Shown here one piece after another: positions 19,364 through 30,132 of a stretch of 39,583 nucleotides of DNA; positions within the stretch are counted from its first letter, which is position 1, and every line of letters starts with the position of its first letter. Source of the stretch: Leptolyngbyaceae cyanobacterium (GTDB taxonomy: Bacteria; Cyanobacteriota; Cyanobacteriia; Phormidesmidales; Phormidesmidaceae). The stretch is from positions 1 to 39,583 of the forward strand of contig JBHJHA010000061.1 in assembly GCA_050331235.1 (NCBI GenBank), written 5' to 3'. Below the pieces are notes generated by a model. The model was not told the origin of the DNA. It saw only the letters and a list, made by a program, of their open reading frames with translations, and did no database searches. A program made the position numbers and the translations under genes.

Positions 19364-21532
19364 ATGAGTTTACTCGCCTCAACTCAATTGCCTTCCCTCG
19401 AATCGGCCCTCAAACATTTCTTTGGCTATGAACACTTTCGCTTAGACCAGCGCGCTGCGATCGCGGCTTTTTTACAACATCAAGACTGTTTGGTGGTGAT
19501 GCCTACGGGCGGCGGCAAATCGCTCTGCTATCAGCTACCGTCGCTGCTGCGGTTAGGGGTCATGGTTGTGGTTTCACCGCTGATTGCTTTGATGCAAGAC
19601 CAGGTAAATGCGCTGCAAAATAACGGGATTGCGGCCACCTTTTTGAACAGTAGTCTCAAGCTGACAGATGTGCGCAACCGTGAACAGCAACTGTTATCTG
19701 GGGACATCAAACTGCTCTATGTAGCACCAGAGCGATTATTGAGCGAGGGGTTTTGGCCCTTTTTATCCCGGCTCCACCAGCAGGTGGGAATTTCTGGATT
19801 TGCGATTGACGAAGCCCATTGTGTCTCGGAGTGGGGCCATGACTTTCGGCCTGAATATCGTCAGCTCCATCGTTTACGGGCAGGGTTTCCAAAGGTACCG
19901 ATGATGGCGCTGACCGCCACAGCGACGGCCCGAGTAAGAGAGGACATTTGCGCGCAGCTAGCACTGCAAACGCCACAGGTATTTGTCTCTAGCTTTAACC
20001 GCCACAATCTGTACTACGCAGTGCGGCCGAAAGATCGCCATGCCTATGCCCATCTGCTACAGCAAATTAGAGCTGCCACTGGCGCTTGTATTATCTACTG
20101 CCTGAGTCGCAAGCGCGTTGAGGAATTAGCGACCCGACTGCAGCAGGATGGGATCAGCGCCCTGCCTTACCATGCCGGATTGTCAGATAGCGATCGCAGC
20201 GCCCACCAAGGCCGGTTCATTCACGATGATGTACAGGTGATGGTTGCCACGGTTGCCTTTGGCATGGGCATCAATAAGCCGGACGTGAGTCTTGTAGCCC
20301 ATTATGATTTACCGCGCACCTTAGAAAGCTACTACCAAGAGTCTGGGCGAGCGGGCAGAGATGGCGAGCCAGCGGACTGCATCGTCTATTTCAGCTATGG
20401 CGATGTGTCTCTAATCAATTACATCATTGAGCAAAAGTCAGACGAGCAAGAGCAAAACATCGCCCGCCAGCAGCTTCGCCAGGTGCTTGACTATGCCGAG
20501 AGTACGGTTTGTCGTCGTCAGATTCAACTCAGCTATTTTGGTGAGACGTTTGCGGGGAACTGCGATCGCTGTGATAACTGTTGTCACCCGAAGCCCGTAG
20601 AAGACTGGACGATTGAGGCTCAAAAATTGCTCTCTTGTGTGGCCCGCTGCCGTGAACGGTTTGGCTTGACGCACATTATCGACGTGCTACGAGGCTCACA
20701 AAAAAAGCGCATTTTAGAGCTGCAGCACGATCAGCTGTCAACCTACGGCATTGGCAAAGACCGCAGCGTAGAGGAATGGAAACTGCTCGGTCGATCGCTC
20801 CTGCACCAGGGATTAGTGGCCGAAACGACCGATGGATTTCCTGTGCTCAAGCTCAACGCCGCCAGCTGGCAAGTGTTGCGCAAGCAACTCGCAGTGCAGG
20901 TTGCAATGCCCAAGCAAATCAACAGCAGTAATTCTGATGCCCCCGTCAATGCGGCGGAAGCGGCGGGCTTACTCAGCCAGTTGCGATCGCTGCGCAAGCG
21001 ATTGGCCGACGCCCAAGGAGTGCCCCCTTACATCGTATTTACCGAGAGCACCCTGAGACACATGACCCAACGCATGCCGCGATCGCTGGCACAGTTTAGC
21101 CAGATTTCGGGGGTTGGTAGCCGCAAACTAGAGCAATATGGCCAAGCGTTTATCGACACCATCAATGCTTACTGCGACGCTCAAGGTATCCAGACAACGG
21201 GACTAGCCCCTAGCGATCGTCCAGGCATTAGCCACACCCAAGTGCAGACGCTGCAACTGTACCGAGAAGGACATTCCCTCTCGGAGATTGCGGAACTTCG
21301 ACGCTTGCGCCCAAACACCATCGTGGGCCACTTAGTCGCCTTATTGGCAGCTGGAGAAGCGCTCGATCTGAACGAATTAGTATCTGAGGAGCGGGCCTCA
21401 ACGATCCGTGAGGCCCTACATCAAACCTCGGAGCCTTATTTGAGTGCCGTCCGCGATCGCCTGGGAAATGACTACTCCTACGCTGAAATCCGCTTAGTGC
21501 AAGGGGCGATGCAGGCTGAGCGATCGCCCTGA
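19364..21532 (+). CDS. recQ: ATP-dependent DNA helicase RecQ (with RQC, HRDC and C-terminal HTH)
   Basis: MPTGGGKS, DEAHCVSEWGHDFRPEY, TATA, ATVAFGMG, QESGRAGRDG, Zn site CRR...CDRCDNC and HRDC (VPPYIVF). Confidence 0.96.
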   Translation: MSLLASTQLPSLESALKHFFGYEHFRLDQRAAIAAFLQHQDCLVVMPTGGGKSLCYQLPSLLRLGVMVVVSPLIALMQDQVNALQNNGIAATFLNSSLKLTDVRNREQQLLSGDIKLLYVAPERLLSEGFWPFLSRLHQQVGISGFAIDEAHCVSEWGHDFRPEYRQLHRLRAGFPKVPMMALTATATARVREDICAQLALQTPQVFVSSFNRHNLYYAVRPKDRHAYAHLLQQIRAATGACIIYCLSRKRVEELATRLQQDGISALPYHAGLSDSDRSAHQGRFIHDDVQVMVATVAFGMGINKPDVSLVAHYDLPRTLESYYQESGRAGRDGEPADCIVYFSYGDVSLINYIIEQKSDEQEQNIARQQLRQVLDYAESTVCRRQIQLSYFGETFAGNCDRCDNCCHPKPVEDWTIEAQKLLSCVARCRERFGLTHIIDVLRGSQKKRILELQHDQLSTYGIGKDRSVEEWKLLGRSLLHQGLVAETTDGFPVLKLNAASWQVLRKQLAVQVAMPKQINSSNSDAPVNAAEAAGLLSQLRSLRKRLADAQGVPPYIVFTESTLRHMTQRMPRSLAQFSQISGVGSRKLEQYGQAFIDTINAYCDAQGIQTTGLAPSDRPGISHTQVQTLQLYREGHSLSEIAELRRLRPNTIVGHLVALLAAGEALDLNELVSEERASTIREALHQTSEPYLSAVRDRLGNDYSYAEIRLVQGAMQAERSP

Positions 21533-21567
21533 GGAGGCACAATGACTGCGAAAATTCCGTCGATTGG

Positions 21568-21846
21568 TTAGAGCGCTTGATGAGAACCTTCAATGGTGGG
21601 TTTGGGAGGAGCGCACCATTCAATCGTTGAGCAAGCAATTTTAGCCTGCTCAGCATTGAGGTCTTCTATGTATCCAGGCAATCTTTCATTCGCAGCATCC
21701 CAACTTTCAAACGGCCCAAAGTAGTAAGTGTATGCGGGATTCTTAGCTTGAATTTTGACCCACCAAGCTCGAGACATGCCCCAAGGCGAAAGCCCGCTAA
21801 AAATGCTTTTGAGCCACATCATCAAGCTCTGTCCTTTCTGTGCCAT
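21568..21846 (-). CDS. DUF1816-family protein
   Basis: AWWVKI...YTYYFGPF...GYIEDL-AEQA, a cyanobacterial signature. Confidence 0.85.
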   Translation of the reverse strand: MAQKGQSLMMWLKSIFSGLSPWGMSRAWWVKIQAKNPAYTYYFGPFESWDAANERLPGYIEDLNAEQAKIACSTIEWCAPPKPTIEGSHQAL

Positions 21847-22436
21847 GGTACTTTTTCCCCAATGTTTGATCTGCGTCCCGTCATAGCAACACCATCCATA
21901 GCGCGGCCATTGTTCAGAATGACCCGACCAGCCGCCCTATAAATCCTCCAACAAAAACCGCAGTGCTACTACGCTCAAGGTAATGCAGGTATTTCCAGTT
22001 AGCATCTCGCAATTGGAGGACTCTATCGCCACTCAAAAGGTTTATGTAAATCGATAGCTGTTGGCTATGACTGTCGGGCAATTGAGCAAAAATAACATCG
22101 GATTCCGCATCCCCGCCGACCAATCTACATTCAGCGGGCAACGCCCCTTAGCTGTAGACAATCGCGGTCAGGTTTGGATACCTAATAATCGCTGGTCCGC
22201 GGCTGGCAAAATCCTGCTCTGCACTTTTCTGCCCCCTGCCACACCACCAGCTTCTACCCAGCGAGGTATATCCCCGTGGGCAGCGCAACAGTAAGCTACG
22301 ACACAAGATTAAGTACGGGTTAATTACTGACAGGGCGACAACAGATTTTGACTCTGCCCTAGTGTGCAGAACTAATGCTACTGGGCTAAAAACAGCCCAC
22401 CTAAAACAACGTCAAGGCTATGACGACTCAAACGAC

Positions 22437-23168
22437 ATGAACCGCTGGAGAATTCTTCAACTAATTCGGGTAGGCTGGCATCGCTTTTGGAAAGAGAGCC
22501 ACCAGATCCCTTATCCAGTTTGGCGACGCTGGTTCGGCACGCTGATCCTAGGGCTCGGGTTATGCGCATTGCTTACCTTGGCGCTCACGGTCAGTGTCAA
22601 AGGCCATCTCAACCAGGGAATTCAGAGCTGGGACGAGGCGCAGCTGCCGATTTTAGCCGAGCGATTGCCTCTTACGTTTTCGCGAGCCATCACTTGGGAG
22701 TCTCCAGGTAATTTACTGGGCATGTTGCCTATTATCGGTTTATTTACCGCGATTACTGTGGCGCGATCGCAACCGCTGCTAACGGCAACCATGCTTGTCG
22801 GGTATGTGCTGCAATTTTCCCTCGTGTGGATTGGTTGGGGCTATTGGAATCGCGATCGCCCTAACTTAATTGCTGATGGCGTCGCGGCCTCTGGACTGCA
22901 CTCATTTCCCTCTGGTCATACCGTTGTGGTAATTACGGTATATGGCATCCTTGGCTATTTGTGGTGTAGCTCAACTCGCAGCTGGGCAGAGAGATTGTTG
23001 GCCATTGTCCTGACTGGATTTTGGTTAGGCATGATTATCAGCTCCAGATTAGTCCTCGGAGCTCATTGGCCAACCGATGTCATCGTGGGCGTAGCGATTG
23101 GCGTTTCCTGGCTGTCAGTAATTATTGTGGCTCTGCACCGAGTCCGGGATGTTTGGCAGAAATTTTAG
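22437..23168 (+). CDS. PAP2-family membrane phosphatase
   Basis: R-RP, SFPSGH and SRLVLGAHWPTDV motifs; several transmembrane helices. Confidence 0.9.
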   Translation: MNRWRILQLIRVGWHRFWKESHQIPYPVWRRWFGTLILGLGLCALLTLALTVSVKGHLNQGIQSWDEAQLPILAERLPLTFSRAITWESPGNLLGMLPIIGLFTAITVARSQPLLTATMLVGYVLQFSLVWIGWGYWNRDRPNLIADGVAASGLHSFPSGHTVVVITVYGILGYLWCSSTRSWAERLLAIVLTGFWLGMIISSRLVLGAHWPTDVIVGVAIGVSWLSVIIVALHRVRDVWQKF

Positions 23169-23248
23169 TGGCTCGTTCTGTCGAGGCGGCGATTTGCGAT
23201 CGCGCTTCCAAGACTCACCATCAAAATTGCTCAACCCCCGTTAGCAAA

Positions 23249-23365
23249 TAATACTATTTCTGCGAATCACGACGACACATAGATTCTTCAAAGCCCCTTT
23301 TTCAAGGGGGCAGCGACAGCGGGGGATCTTCAAATCTGTAGCGCTATTATGGAGAATGGGTATAA
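23249..23365. mobile_element. MITE-like/small dispersed repeat, copy 2
   Basis: About 94% identical to copy 1 (offset exactly 11290 bp) and in the same orientation; lies between the convergent PAP2 and PfpI genes. Confidence 0.8.
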
Positions 23366-23451
23366 CTGACTCCCTTCCATTAAGGCTGCTAATAGAAGGG
23401 AGTCCCAGTCAGATTGCGAGTCCCAGTGATGCCGACTTGCCAGAATGGCTG

Positions 23452-24030
23452 TCACACAGACTGGGCCTGGGCTGCGTGCTTACCTTCGCAAAATTCTTCC
23501 ACCATTTTGCGATTAAAGGCGGGCAAATCATCAGGATTACGGCTTGTCACTAAGCCTTGGTCAACGACAACTTCTTGATCTACCCAAGTGGCTCCAGCAT
23601 TTTGCAAGTCTGTTTTTAGCGAAGGCCAAGAGGTTACCGTTCGGCCTTTAACAACATCTGCTTCGACTAAAGTCCACGGCGCATGACAAATTGCCGCTAC
23701 AGGCTTTGCCGCCGCAAAGAAATCTTTAATAAACTGCACTGCCTGCTCGTTAGTTCGCAGCTGGTCAGGGTTCAAAGGTCCCCCGGGTAAAAGTAGCGCA
23801 TCGTAGTCGTCGGCCTTCACCTGTTTGAGCGCACGATCAACTGCAATTTTGTCGCCTTTATCGTGGTGATGCCATCCTTGAATATCGCCTTCCTCTGGAG
23901 CGACAACATGCACCTGCGCCCCCGAATCTTCTAAAGCCTGACGGGGATCGGTAAGCTCGATTTGCTCAAATCCATCGGTGGCTAATATTGCAACTTTGCA
24001 GCTAGCAAGTGAATTAGACGAATTAGACAT
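23452..24030 (-). CDS. pfpI: PfpI/DJ-1-family (type 1 glutamine amidotransferase-like) protein
   Basis: ATDGFEQIEL, LLLPGG, AAICHAPW and VTSRNPDDL. A GGAGAG RBS precedes ATG 24030. Confidence 0.9.
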   Translation of the reverse strand: MSNSSNSLASCKVAILATDGFEQIELTDPRQALEDSGAQVHVVAPEEGDIQGWHHHDKGDKIAVDRALKQVKADDYDALLLPGGPLNPDQLRTNEQAVQFIKDFFAAAKPVAAICHAPWTLVEADVVKGRTVTSWPSLKTDLQNAGATWVDQEVVVDQGLVTSRNPDDLPAFNRKMVEEFCEGKHAAQAQSV

Positions 24031-24724
24031 TAAATACTCTCCATTTATTACGGGTAACACAACAAATATCTCAAGCGGCTTGGCGGCAGCCCGCAATCAT
24101 CGTGATCGCCAGCTCTTTAACGTAAATCTGTCATTACTAGCCAGCTAGATTTGCTTTGTCCGGCAGCTGTATCGCAACTACAAACAATAATTTTTGACCG
24201 CCACAACTCACCACATTTCATAGTAAAGAGCCGGGCCTAACGAGACGTCTCACTAAAGATATACCCCCTGATCTATATCTAGACGCGTTTTACATATCAG
24301 ACAGAGCGATCGCCGGTAGCTGGTAGATGCTCTTAAAGTCGCCTTTCTAGATATCCAGAAGAAGAATTTTCAACCAACTTCTTATGTCAATCGCTACTTG
24401 TATCAAGTCATTAATTCGCCGGCATTAATACGAGTTTCAGAAATATCCATAGAAAATCGCGCTATGAACAGCCAGGTTTAAATCGGTAATGACCGCCATA
24501 GAGCTAAATCCGATGGCTTACATTGTTAAAGTGACCAGATCTCAATACCTTGACGGTGTTAGCTATTCATTTCTACATATGGGAGGATGACGCGCCATTG
24601 CATCATCTATAAATTAGGTCAATGCGATCCAGTGAGCAAAAAACTTGTCGCATCACACTTGAATACCTGCATCCTCTAGGGGCTGATGACCTCTGATTAA
24701 TTTTTTATATTTTTCCTGAATTTT

Positions 24725-25342
24725 ATGCTTGCCTGGATTTCAGATTGGCTCGAATCATTAGGATATTTGGGCGTATTTGCCCTTATGGTGCTGGAGCACC
24801 TGTTTCCCCCCATTCCATCTGAATTGGTGATGCCCTTATCAGGCTTTATCAGCAGTCGCAGTGCCGAGATGAACTTAGTCGGAGTCATCATTGCAGGCTC
24901 AATTGGGTCGGTGGTTGGCACGCTATTTTGGTATTGGCTTGGTCGCTGGACGAGTCAAGAACAATTGTTGGCTTTAGTTGCCGAATACGGTAAGTGGCTA
25001 ACCGTCAAACCCCGAGATATTGAAAAGGCTATTGTCTTTTTTCAAGAGGGGGGCGGTCAGTGGGTTGTCGGCATTGGCCGGGTCGTACCTGGGGTCCGTA
25101 CCTATGTTTCGATTCCAGCGGGACTGGGGGGCATGCAGATTTTGCCCTATCTGATTTATTCGTCGATTGGCACGGTCATTTGGACAGCAGCTTTAGCGAT
25201 CTCTGGCTATCTGTTAGGAGATCAGTTTGAGCGTGTGGGGGAGTTTATTGGACCGATCAGCAAAGGAGTACTGGTTGCGCTATTTGTCGGCAGCATTGCT
25301 TGGCTTTCCTATCGCTTGGTTAAGCGCCAAAGGCATACTTAG
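24725..25342 (+). CDS. DedA-family membrane protein
   Basis: LE-LFPPIPSELVMPLSG and GR-VPGVRTYVSIPAG motifs. Confidence 0.92.
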   Translation: MLAWISDWLESLGYLGVFALMVLEHLFPPIPSELVMPLSGFISSRSAEMNLVGVIIAGSIGSVVGTLFWYWLGRWTSQEQLLALVAEYGKWLTVKPRDIEKAIVFFQEGGGQWVVGIGRVVPGVRTYVSIPAGLGGMQILPYLIYSSIGTVIWTAALAISGYLLGDQFERVGEFIGPISKGVLVALFVGSIAWLSYRLVKRQRHT

Positions 25343-25399
25343 ATTTACTATATTCTCGTTTTTTCACTTATAGAACAAGCGTAGCGGGAGATTGAGAAA

Positions 25400-26416
25400 G
25401 TGAAATTCAGCCAGTGGATGACCCTAATCGCTTTGCTCATTTCCCTCTATATTTCTTGGCAAATTCGCAATATTTTACTTTTGACTTTTACCGCGGTTAT
25501 CTTCTCAGTCGTTCTCAATCGAGCAGTCATTTTCTTTCAGCGATGGCTACCTTCACGCAAAGCTGCTGTTGCCGTTTCAGTTGCTCTGGTCCTTCTGCTC
25601 ATGGGGATTTTTGGGCTCATTATCGTACCTCCCTTTACACAGCAGATCAGAGAGCTGATCAATTTATCGCCTCAAGTAATTGATCGCCTACAGCAATGGT
25701 TAGAGAACCTAAAGCGAATTGGTCCCATTTCTTTAAATAATTTCGAGCTGGTCGATTCGTTATCTCAGCAGTTGGGAAATTTGGATTTTCAAATGCTGTT
25801 CCGCCGTTCCTTCACCATTTTTTCCAATACGCTTTCACTCACGCTGAACCTACTCCTAGTGGCGGTAGTCACGATCATGATGCTGTTAAATCCGACACCC
25901 TATCGCCATCTCTTCAAAAAAATATTTCCTTCCTCAATTCGGCCCCAGATAGAAACTGTCTTAAATGATTGTGAGGGTGCGATCGCTGGTTGGTTTATTG
26001 GCATTGCATTTAATATGACTGTCATTGCACTCATGAGCATGATTGGACTATGGCTGTTGGGTGTTCCCCTAGCCTTGGCCAACGGCTTATTTGCGGGGCT
26101 ACTCGCATTCATTCCCAATATTGGGCCGGTGGTCAGTGTTGTGCCCCCGGCAGCGATCGCCCTATTGGAAGCGCCGTGGAAAGCGATCGCCGTTATTGTT
26201 CTTTATGTCTCAATTCAGCAGATTGAGAGCAATATCTTGACTCCCTTTGTCATGCAGAAGCAAGTCTCTCTGTTGCCCGCTATCACCCTCTTGTCCCAAG
26301 TCGTTTTTTCAATTTTCTTTGGCTTATTAGGCTTACTGCTAGCTCTGCCGCTGACACTAACCTTACAACAGTGGCTGCAAACATTTTGGATTAACCGTTT
26401 TGCTGATCAACATTGA
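25400..26416 (+). CDS. AI-2E (PerM/TqsA) family transporter
   Basis: FIPNIGP, IQQIESNILTP and G-LGLLLALPL motifs; multiple transmembrane segments. Confidence 0.9.
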   Translation: MKFSQWMTLIALLISLYISWQIRNILLLTFTAVIFSVVLNRAVIFFQRWLPSRKAAVAVSVALVLLLMGIFGLIIVPPFTQQIRELINLSPQVIDRLQQWLENLKRIGPISLNNFELVDSLSQQLGNLDFQMLFRRSFTIFSNTLSLTLNLLLVAVVTIMMLLNPTPYRHLFKKIFPSSIRPQIETVLNDCEGAIAGWFIGIAFNMTVIALMSMIGLWLLGVPLALANGLFAGLLAFIPNIGPVVSVVPPAAIALLEAPWKAIAVIVLYVSIQQIESNILTPFVMQKQVSLLPAITLLSQVVFSIFFGLLGLLLALPLTLTLQQWLQTFWINRFADQH

Positions 26417-26622
26417 CGTCTTCATTTTTCCAACATGATATTTTCAGTCAATTTAATTAAGCAACGGCGGCAAACCTTTGATGTGGCGACCAAGCGTAAA
26501 ACTCCTACGATTTCATTATTTCCCCCTCTTCAGATGTGGCTTAATTCGACAATCTCAGATACTCTATTCCAAGGTTTCCAGGCTCAGAGATTGCCACTTT
26601 TTACCGTTTCGAGCTGAGAACA

Positions 26623-27501
26623 ATGCGGAACTCATTGAAACGGTTGAAATTGCTTAGCTCTTGGTTAACCCTAGGCCAGCAGCTGCTATTTCGGCTGTTT
26701 CGGCAGACTTGGGCCCAGCGCTACATCCGCTTTGGGCACGCTGCCAAAGGATTTTTATATGGACTGATCGGTCTATTTTCAATGCGGGCTGTATTTTATG
26801 ACGGCAAATCTGCAGGGGGCAGCAAAGCGGTCTTGGCCACGCTGAACGATCGCACCATCGGTAGTGTGATTTTATTGCTGCTGGGAGTGGGATTGTTTGG
26901 CTACTCCTTTTGGCGACTGGTGCAGATTTTGATTGACCCTGACCATGATCAAAATTCGAACAGCATACAAAATGTCGTGCAGCGATGCGGCTATCTTTGT
27001 AGCTGCCTAACGTACCTGGGAGTTGGCTACACGTCTTTGCGATTGGCGATTGGCCTCACCGTTGACTTTGACGATACGGTAGAAGAAATTGCGGAAGCAC
27101 TCTTTAAAACGCCTGTTGGGCCTCTAGTGCTCTCGGCGGCTGGGCTAGGCGTCATTGTGGTGGGTTTAGTTTATATCTATGGGGCCTTTTCCGAGAGCTT
27201 TATTGACGAGTTCAAACCCGAATTATATTCAGCCGTCAAGCAATCAACCGTGGCGATCGGCAAGCTGGGCTATACCGCCCGGGGGGTTAGTTTTACCCTG
27301 ATTGGGGCCTATTTGCTCAAGTCTGCCTATTTTGTCGATGATGAAGAAGCCGGTGGCTTGGGGCAGGTGCTAGATCGCTTAGATGATCAACCCTATGGCA
27401 AGATTTGGCTGACGGCGATCGCCGTAGGCTTTTTTGCTTATGCCCTTTATATGACCATGTCGGCGCTTTACCGACAGTTGCCAACCAAGCCGTCTCGCTG
27501 A
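26623..27501 (+). CDS. DUF1206-domain membrane protein
   Basis: Repeated 'R-G-AAKG-LY' / 'GKLGYTARG' units, YSFWRL and GGL...L-DQPYG-IWL. Confidence 0.82.
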   Translation: MRNSLKRLKLLSSWLTLGQQLLFRLFRQTWAQRYIRFGHAAKGFLYGLIGLFSMRAVFYDGKSAGGSKAVLATLNDRTIGSVILLLLGVGLFGYSFWRLVQILIDPDHDQNSNSIQNVVQRCGYLCSCLTYLGVGYTSLRLAIGLTVDFDDTVEEIAEALFKTPVGPLVLSAAGLGVIVVGLVYIYGAFSESFIDEFKPELYSAVKQSTVAIGKLGYTARGVSFTLIGAYLLKSAYFVDDEEAGGLGQVLDRLDDQPYGKIWLTAIAVGFFAYALYMTMSALYRQLPTKPSR

Positions 27502-27662
27502 CTACTGATTCAGACTTAAATTTATCTGTAAATCTGAGATCGATATTGCTCTGTTCAGGCCATTGCAGGCACAGGTTGGCCCATTGGGCAAAGGACATTA
27601 CCAATCATTTCGCCACTATCAGAAATCTTTTACAGTAGAGACGCACGATAGTCAGATGGGGG

Positions 27663-28211
27663 ATGGCGATGGCGTTTGTCAAAAGGATAGCTGGAGTTTT
27701 GCTGGCAGGTGTGCTGGTGCTCATTGGCGTGAGCTATTTGTTGCCGAGCCAAGTACATATAGAGCGAGCCATTACAATTGATGCCGCACCGTCAGCAGTA
27801 TTTGCGCTGATTAGCGACTTTGAAGCGTGGAGCAAGTGGTCTCCTTGGGCTGAGCTTGATCCAGACGCTACTCTGGAAATCTCCGGTAGTGGGATGGGCC
27901 AGCAAATCATCTGGTCGAGTGACAGCCCCCAAGTGGGCTCAGGGTCACAAACCATTGTCCAGATGGATGCCCCGAACTATCTGCAGACCCATCTGGATTT
28001 TGGTGCCAATGGCGAAGCTGACGCCACCTTTCAACTATCGCCCCAAGGAAAACAAACCCAGGTTATCTGGATGCTGGATACTGACATGCGACAAAGCGTT
28101 CCGCTGGTCAAACAACCACTCAATGCTTACTTGGGTTTGCTGATGGATGCCATGGTAGGGCAAGACTACGAAGCCGGGTTACAAAATCTCAAAACCTTGG
28201 CTGAGAGCTAA
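27663..28211 (+). CDS. SRPBCC (polyketide cyclase/START-like) protein with N-terminal anchor
   Basis: LP-Q-HIER-ITIDA-P--VF...W-KWSPW...G-DYEAGL-NLK. Confidence 0.85.
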   Translation: MAMAFVKRIAGVLLAGVLVLIGVSYLLPSQVHIERAITIDAAPSAVFALISDFEAWSKWSPWAELDPDATLEISGSGMGQQIIWSSDSPQVGSGSQTIVQMDAPNYLQTHLDFGANGEADATFQLSPQGKQTQVIWMLDTDMRQSVPLVKQPLNAYLGLLMDAMVGQDYEAGLQNLKTLAES

Positions 28212-28424
28212 GCCAAAATCCTCAAATCGGACAACACTTTGGCAAATTAAAGCTCGCTTTTCACGCCTCGTCTAGCCAGTTGGGCCTGGGCTTCGATAAC
28301 CTCAGTTCGTCTACTAATCGCCTCAGACATCAAATGCTGGTCAGCACTCGGCAACGGCAGCAAACCGTAGATATCGGTGTACCCAAAACCTCATCGGAGC
28401 CGGTGGCCAAGAAACTGCTCGGGT

Positions 28425-29063
28425 TCATTTTCCAAGCGCTGAGGCAGGCGCACCCTGGCGGCTCCACCTTTCAATCCAAAGCAGGCTGCTGTTTATGACT
28501 AGGGCCAATATGGCCACCGCCACCGCCCCCACCCAAATCTTATCAATCCGATTCGTTTGAATCCCGTCGAAGAGCAAGGTTCCTAACCCGCCGGCATTGA
28601 ACTTGGCACCAATAGTGGCAATGGCGATCGCCACAACGGTAGCGACCCTAACGCCCGCAATGAAGACCGGCATCACTAACGGCACCTGAATCCAAGACCA
28701 GCGTTGCCAAGCATTCATCCCCATACCTCTAGCCGCTTCAAGAATGGCGGGATCGATACCGGAGAGACCCACCGTGAGGTTACGCACCAAAATCACCTGG
28801 GTGTAAACCACCATCGCAGCAATCACAGAGGTTGCATTCAGGCCAAAAATTGGCACCAAGAAAATGATTAGCGCCAAGCTAGGAATGGTGTAAAAAATGC
28901 CTAATATTCCCATTACGGGCACCGATAGCCAGGCATATCGCTGAATCAGCAACGCTAAGGGCAACGCCACGACCACGGCGATCGCAAGGGTAACCAAGGT
29001 CATTTGTAGATGCTGCCACAGCAGCAAACTCACCTCACTCCAATGGCTGAGTAGGAATGCCAT
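28425..29063 (-). CDS. Osmoprotectant ABC transporter permease (OpuC/Yeh/Osm-like)
   Basis: YTIPSLAL, EAA loop EAARGMGM and GGLG. The start overlaps the ATPase stop (TGATG). Confidence 0.9.
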   Translation of the reverse strand: MAFLLSHWSEVSLLLWQHLQMTLVTLAIAVVVALPLALLIQRYAWLSVPVMGILGIFYTIPSLALIIFLVPIFGLNATSVIAAMVVYTQVILVRNLTVGLSGIDPAILEAARGMGMNAWQRWSWIQVPLVMPVFIAGVRVATVVAIAIATIGAKFNAGGLGTLLFDGIQTNRIDKIWVGAVAVAILALVINSSLLWIERWSRQGAPASALGK

Positions 29064-30025
29064 CAGCCATTAGCCTCCGAAGATCGCGCCAGGATATTGT
29101 TCAATGTCAGTAGACCAACGGGTTCATCCCCTTTGCGCACCACCAATTCCGAATTCCCCGTCTTCAACATCAACGAGAGCGCCTGGCGCAGGGTATCAAC
29201 CGTCTCCACCGTTGGCCTCTGAGGGGTCAGGGGGCCATCCGACAGAGGTTGCATGGCCGACCGGATAGATAAAACCCCCAGCTGTCGAACGCGATCATCT
29301 GCGCCTAACAGGTCATATACAAAGTCATCTGCAGGTTGGGTCAGCAGGTTAAACGGGGTGTCGTATTGGGCAATACGCCCGGCATTCATCACGATGATGC
29401 GATCGCCCAATCGCAGCGCCTCATCAACATCATGGGAGACAAACAAAATCGTCTTTTGTAATTGCTGTTGTAATCGCAAAACTTCAGTTTGCAAAGCACT
29501 GCGGGTAATCGCATCAATCGCACCAAACGGTTCATCCATCAGCAGATAGTCAGGATCTCCCGCTAAGGCTCGAGCAATGCCCACCCGCTGCTGCTGTCCC
29601 CCCGATAACTGGGCTGGATAGCGATCGCGATACTCCGCTGGCGGCAGCTTGACGAGCCCTAGCAAGCTCTCAACTCGCTGCCGGATCTTTGCCTGCGGCC
29701 ATTTCAGCAACTTTGGCACCACAGCGACATTTTGCGCCACCGTCTTATGAGGAAAGAGACCCGACTGTTGAATCACATACCCAATCTTGCGCCTGAGGCC
29801 AGTGGGCGACTGTAGACGAATATCTTGACCGTCAACGCTGATACGCCCCGAAGTTGGCTCATATAGCCGATTAACCAGCTTGAGTAACGTCGTTTTGCCG
29901 CAGCCCGAAGGCCCTAGGATAACGACAAACTCCCCAGACTGAACCTCACAGGTCACTTGGTTGACTGCCGGCCTCGACATCCCGGGAAACTCCAGGGTGG
30001 CTCGTTCAAATAAGATGCTGCCCAT
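29063..30025 (-). CDS. Osmoprotectant ABC transporter ATP-binding protein with C-terminal CBS-like segment
   Basis: GPSGCGKT, LSGGQQQR, LLMDEPFGAID and VSHD. Confidence 0.92.
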   Translation of the reverse strand: MGSILFERATLEFPGMSRPAVNQVTCEVQSGEFVVILGPSGCGKTTLLKLVNRLYEPTSGRISVDGQDIRLQSPTGLRRKIGYVIQQSGLFPHKTVAQNVAVVPKLLKWPQAKIRQRVESLLGLVKLPPAEYRDRYPAQLSGGQQQRVGIARALAGDPDYLLMDEPFGAIDAITRSALQTEVLRLQQQLQKTILFVSHDVDEALRLGDRIIVMNAGRIAQYDTPFNLLTQPADDFVYDLLGADDRVRQLGVLSIRSAMQPLSDGPLTPQRPTVETVDTLRQALSLMLKTGNSELVVRKGDEPVGLLTLNNILARSSEANG

Positions 30026-30132
30026 GACCAACCTAAAACATAAACCTAAGTTTCACAGCGAGGTCATCTGTCGCAGCCCGCCCCGCAGACACAGTGCTCC
30101 AGACGCCCACCAGCTAGAAAATTCTGCCACCA

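Noticed and set aside
21914..22294. Two 75-77 aa ORFs in the DUF1816-PAP2 spacer
   Set aside because: They overlap each other on opposite strands, lack clear RBSs and show no family motifs.
11959..23365. The 113-bp repeats as CRISPR repeats or as ends of an 11.3-kb composite transposon/island
   Set aside because: There is no repeat-spacer periodicity and no cas gene. The enclosed DNA includes core genes (ycf46, recQ) and no transposase or integrase, so independent insertions are more parsimonious.
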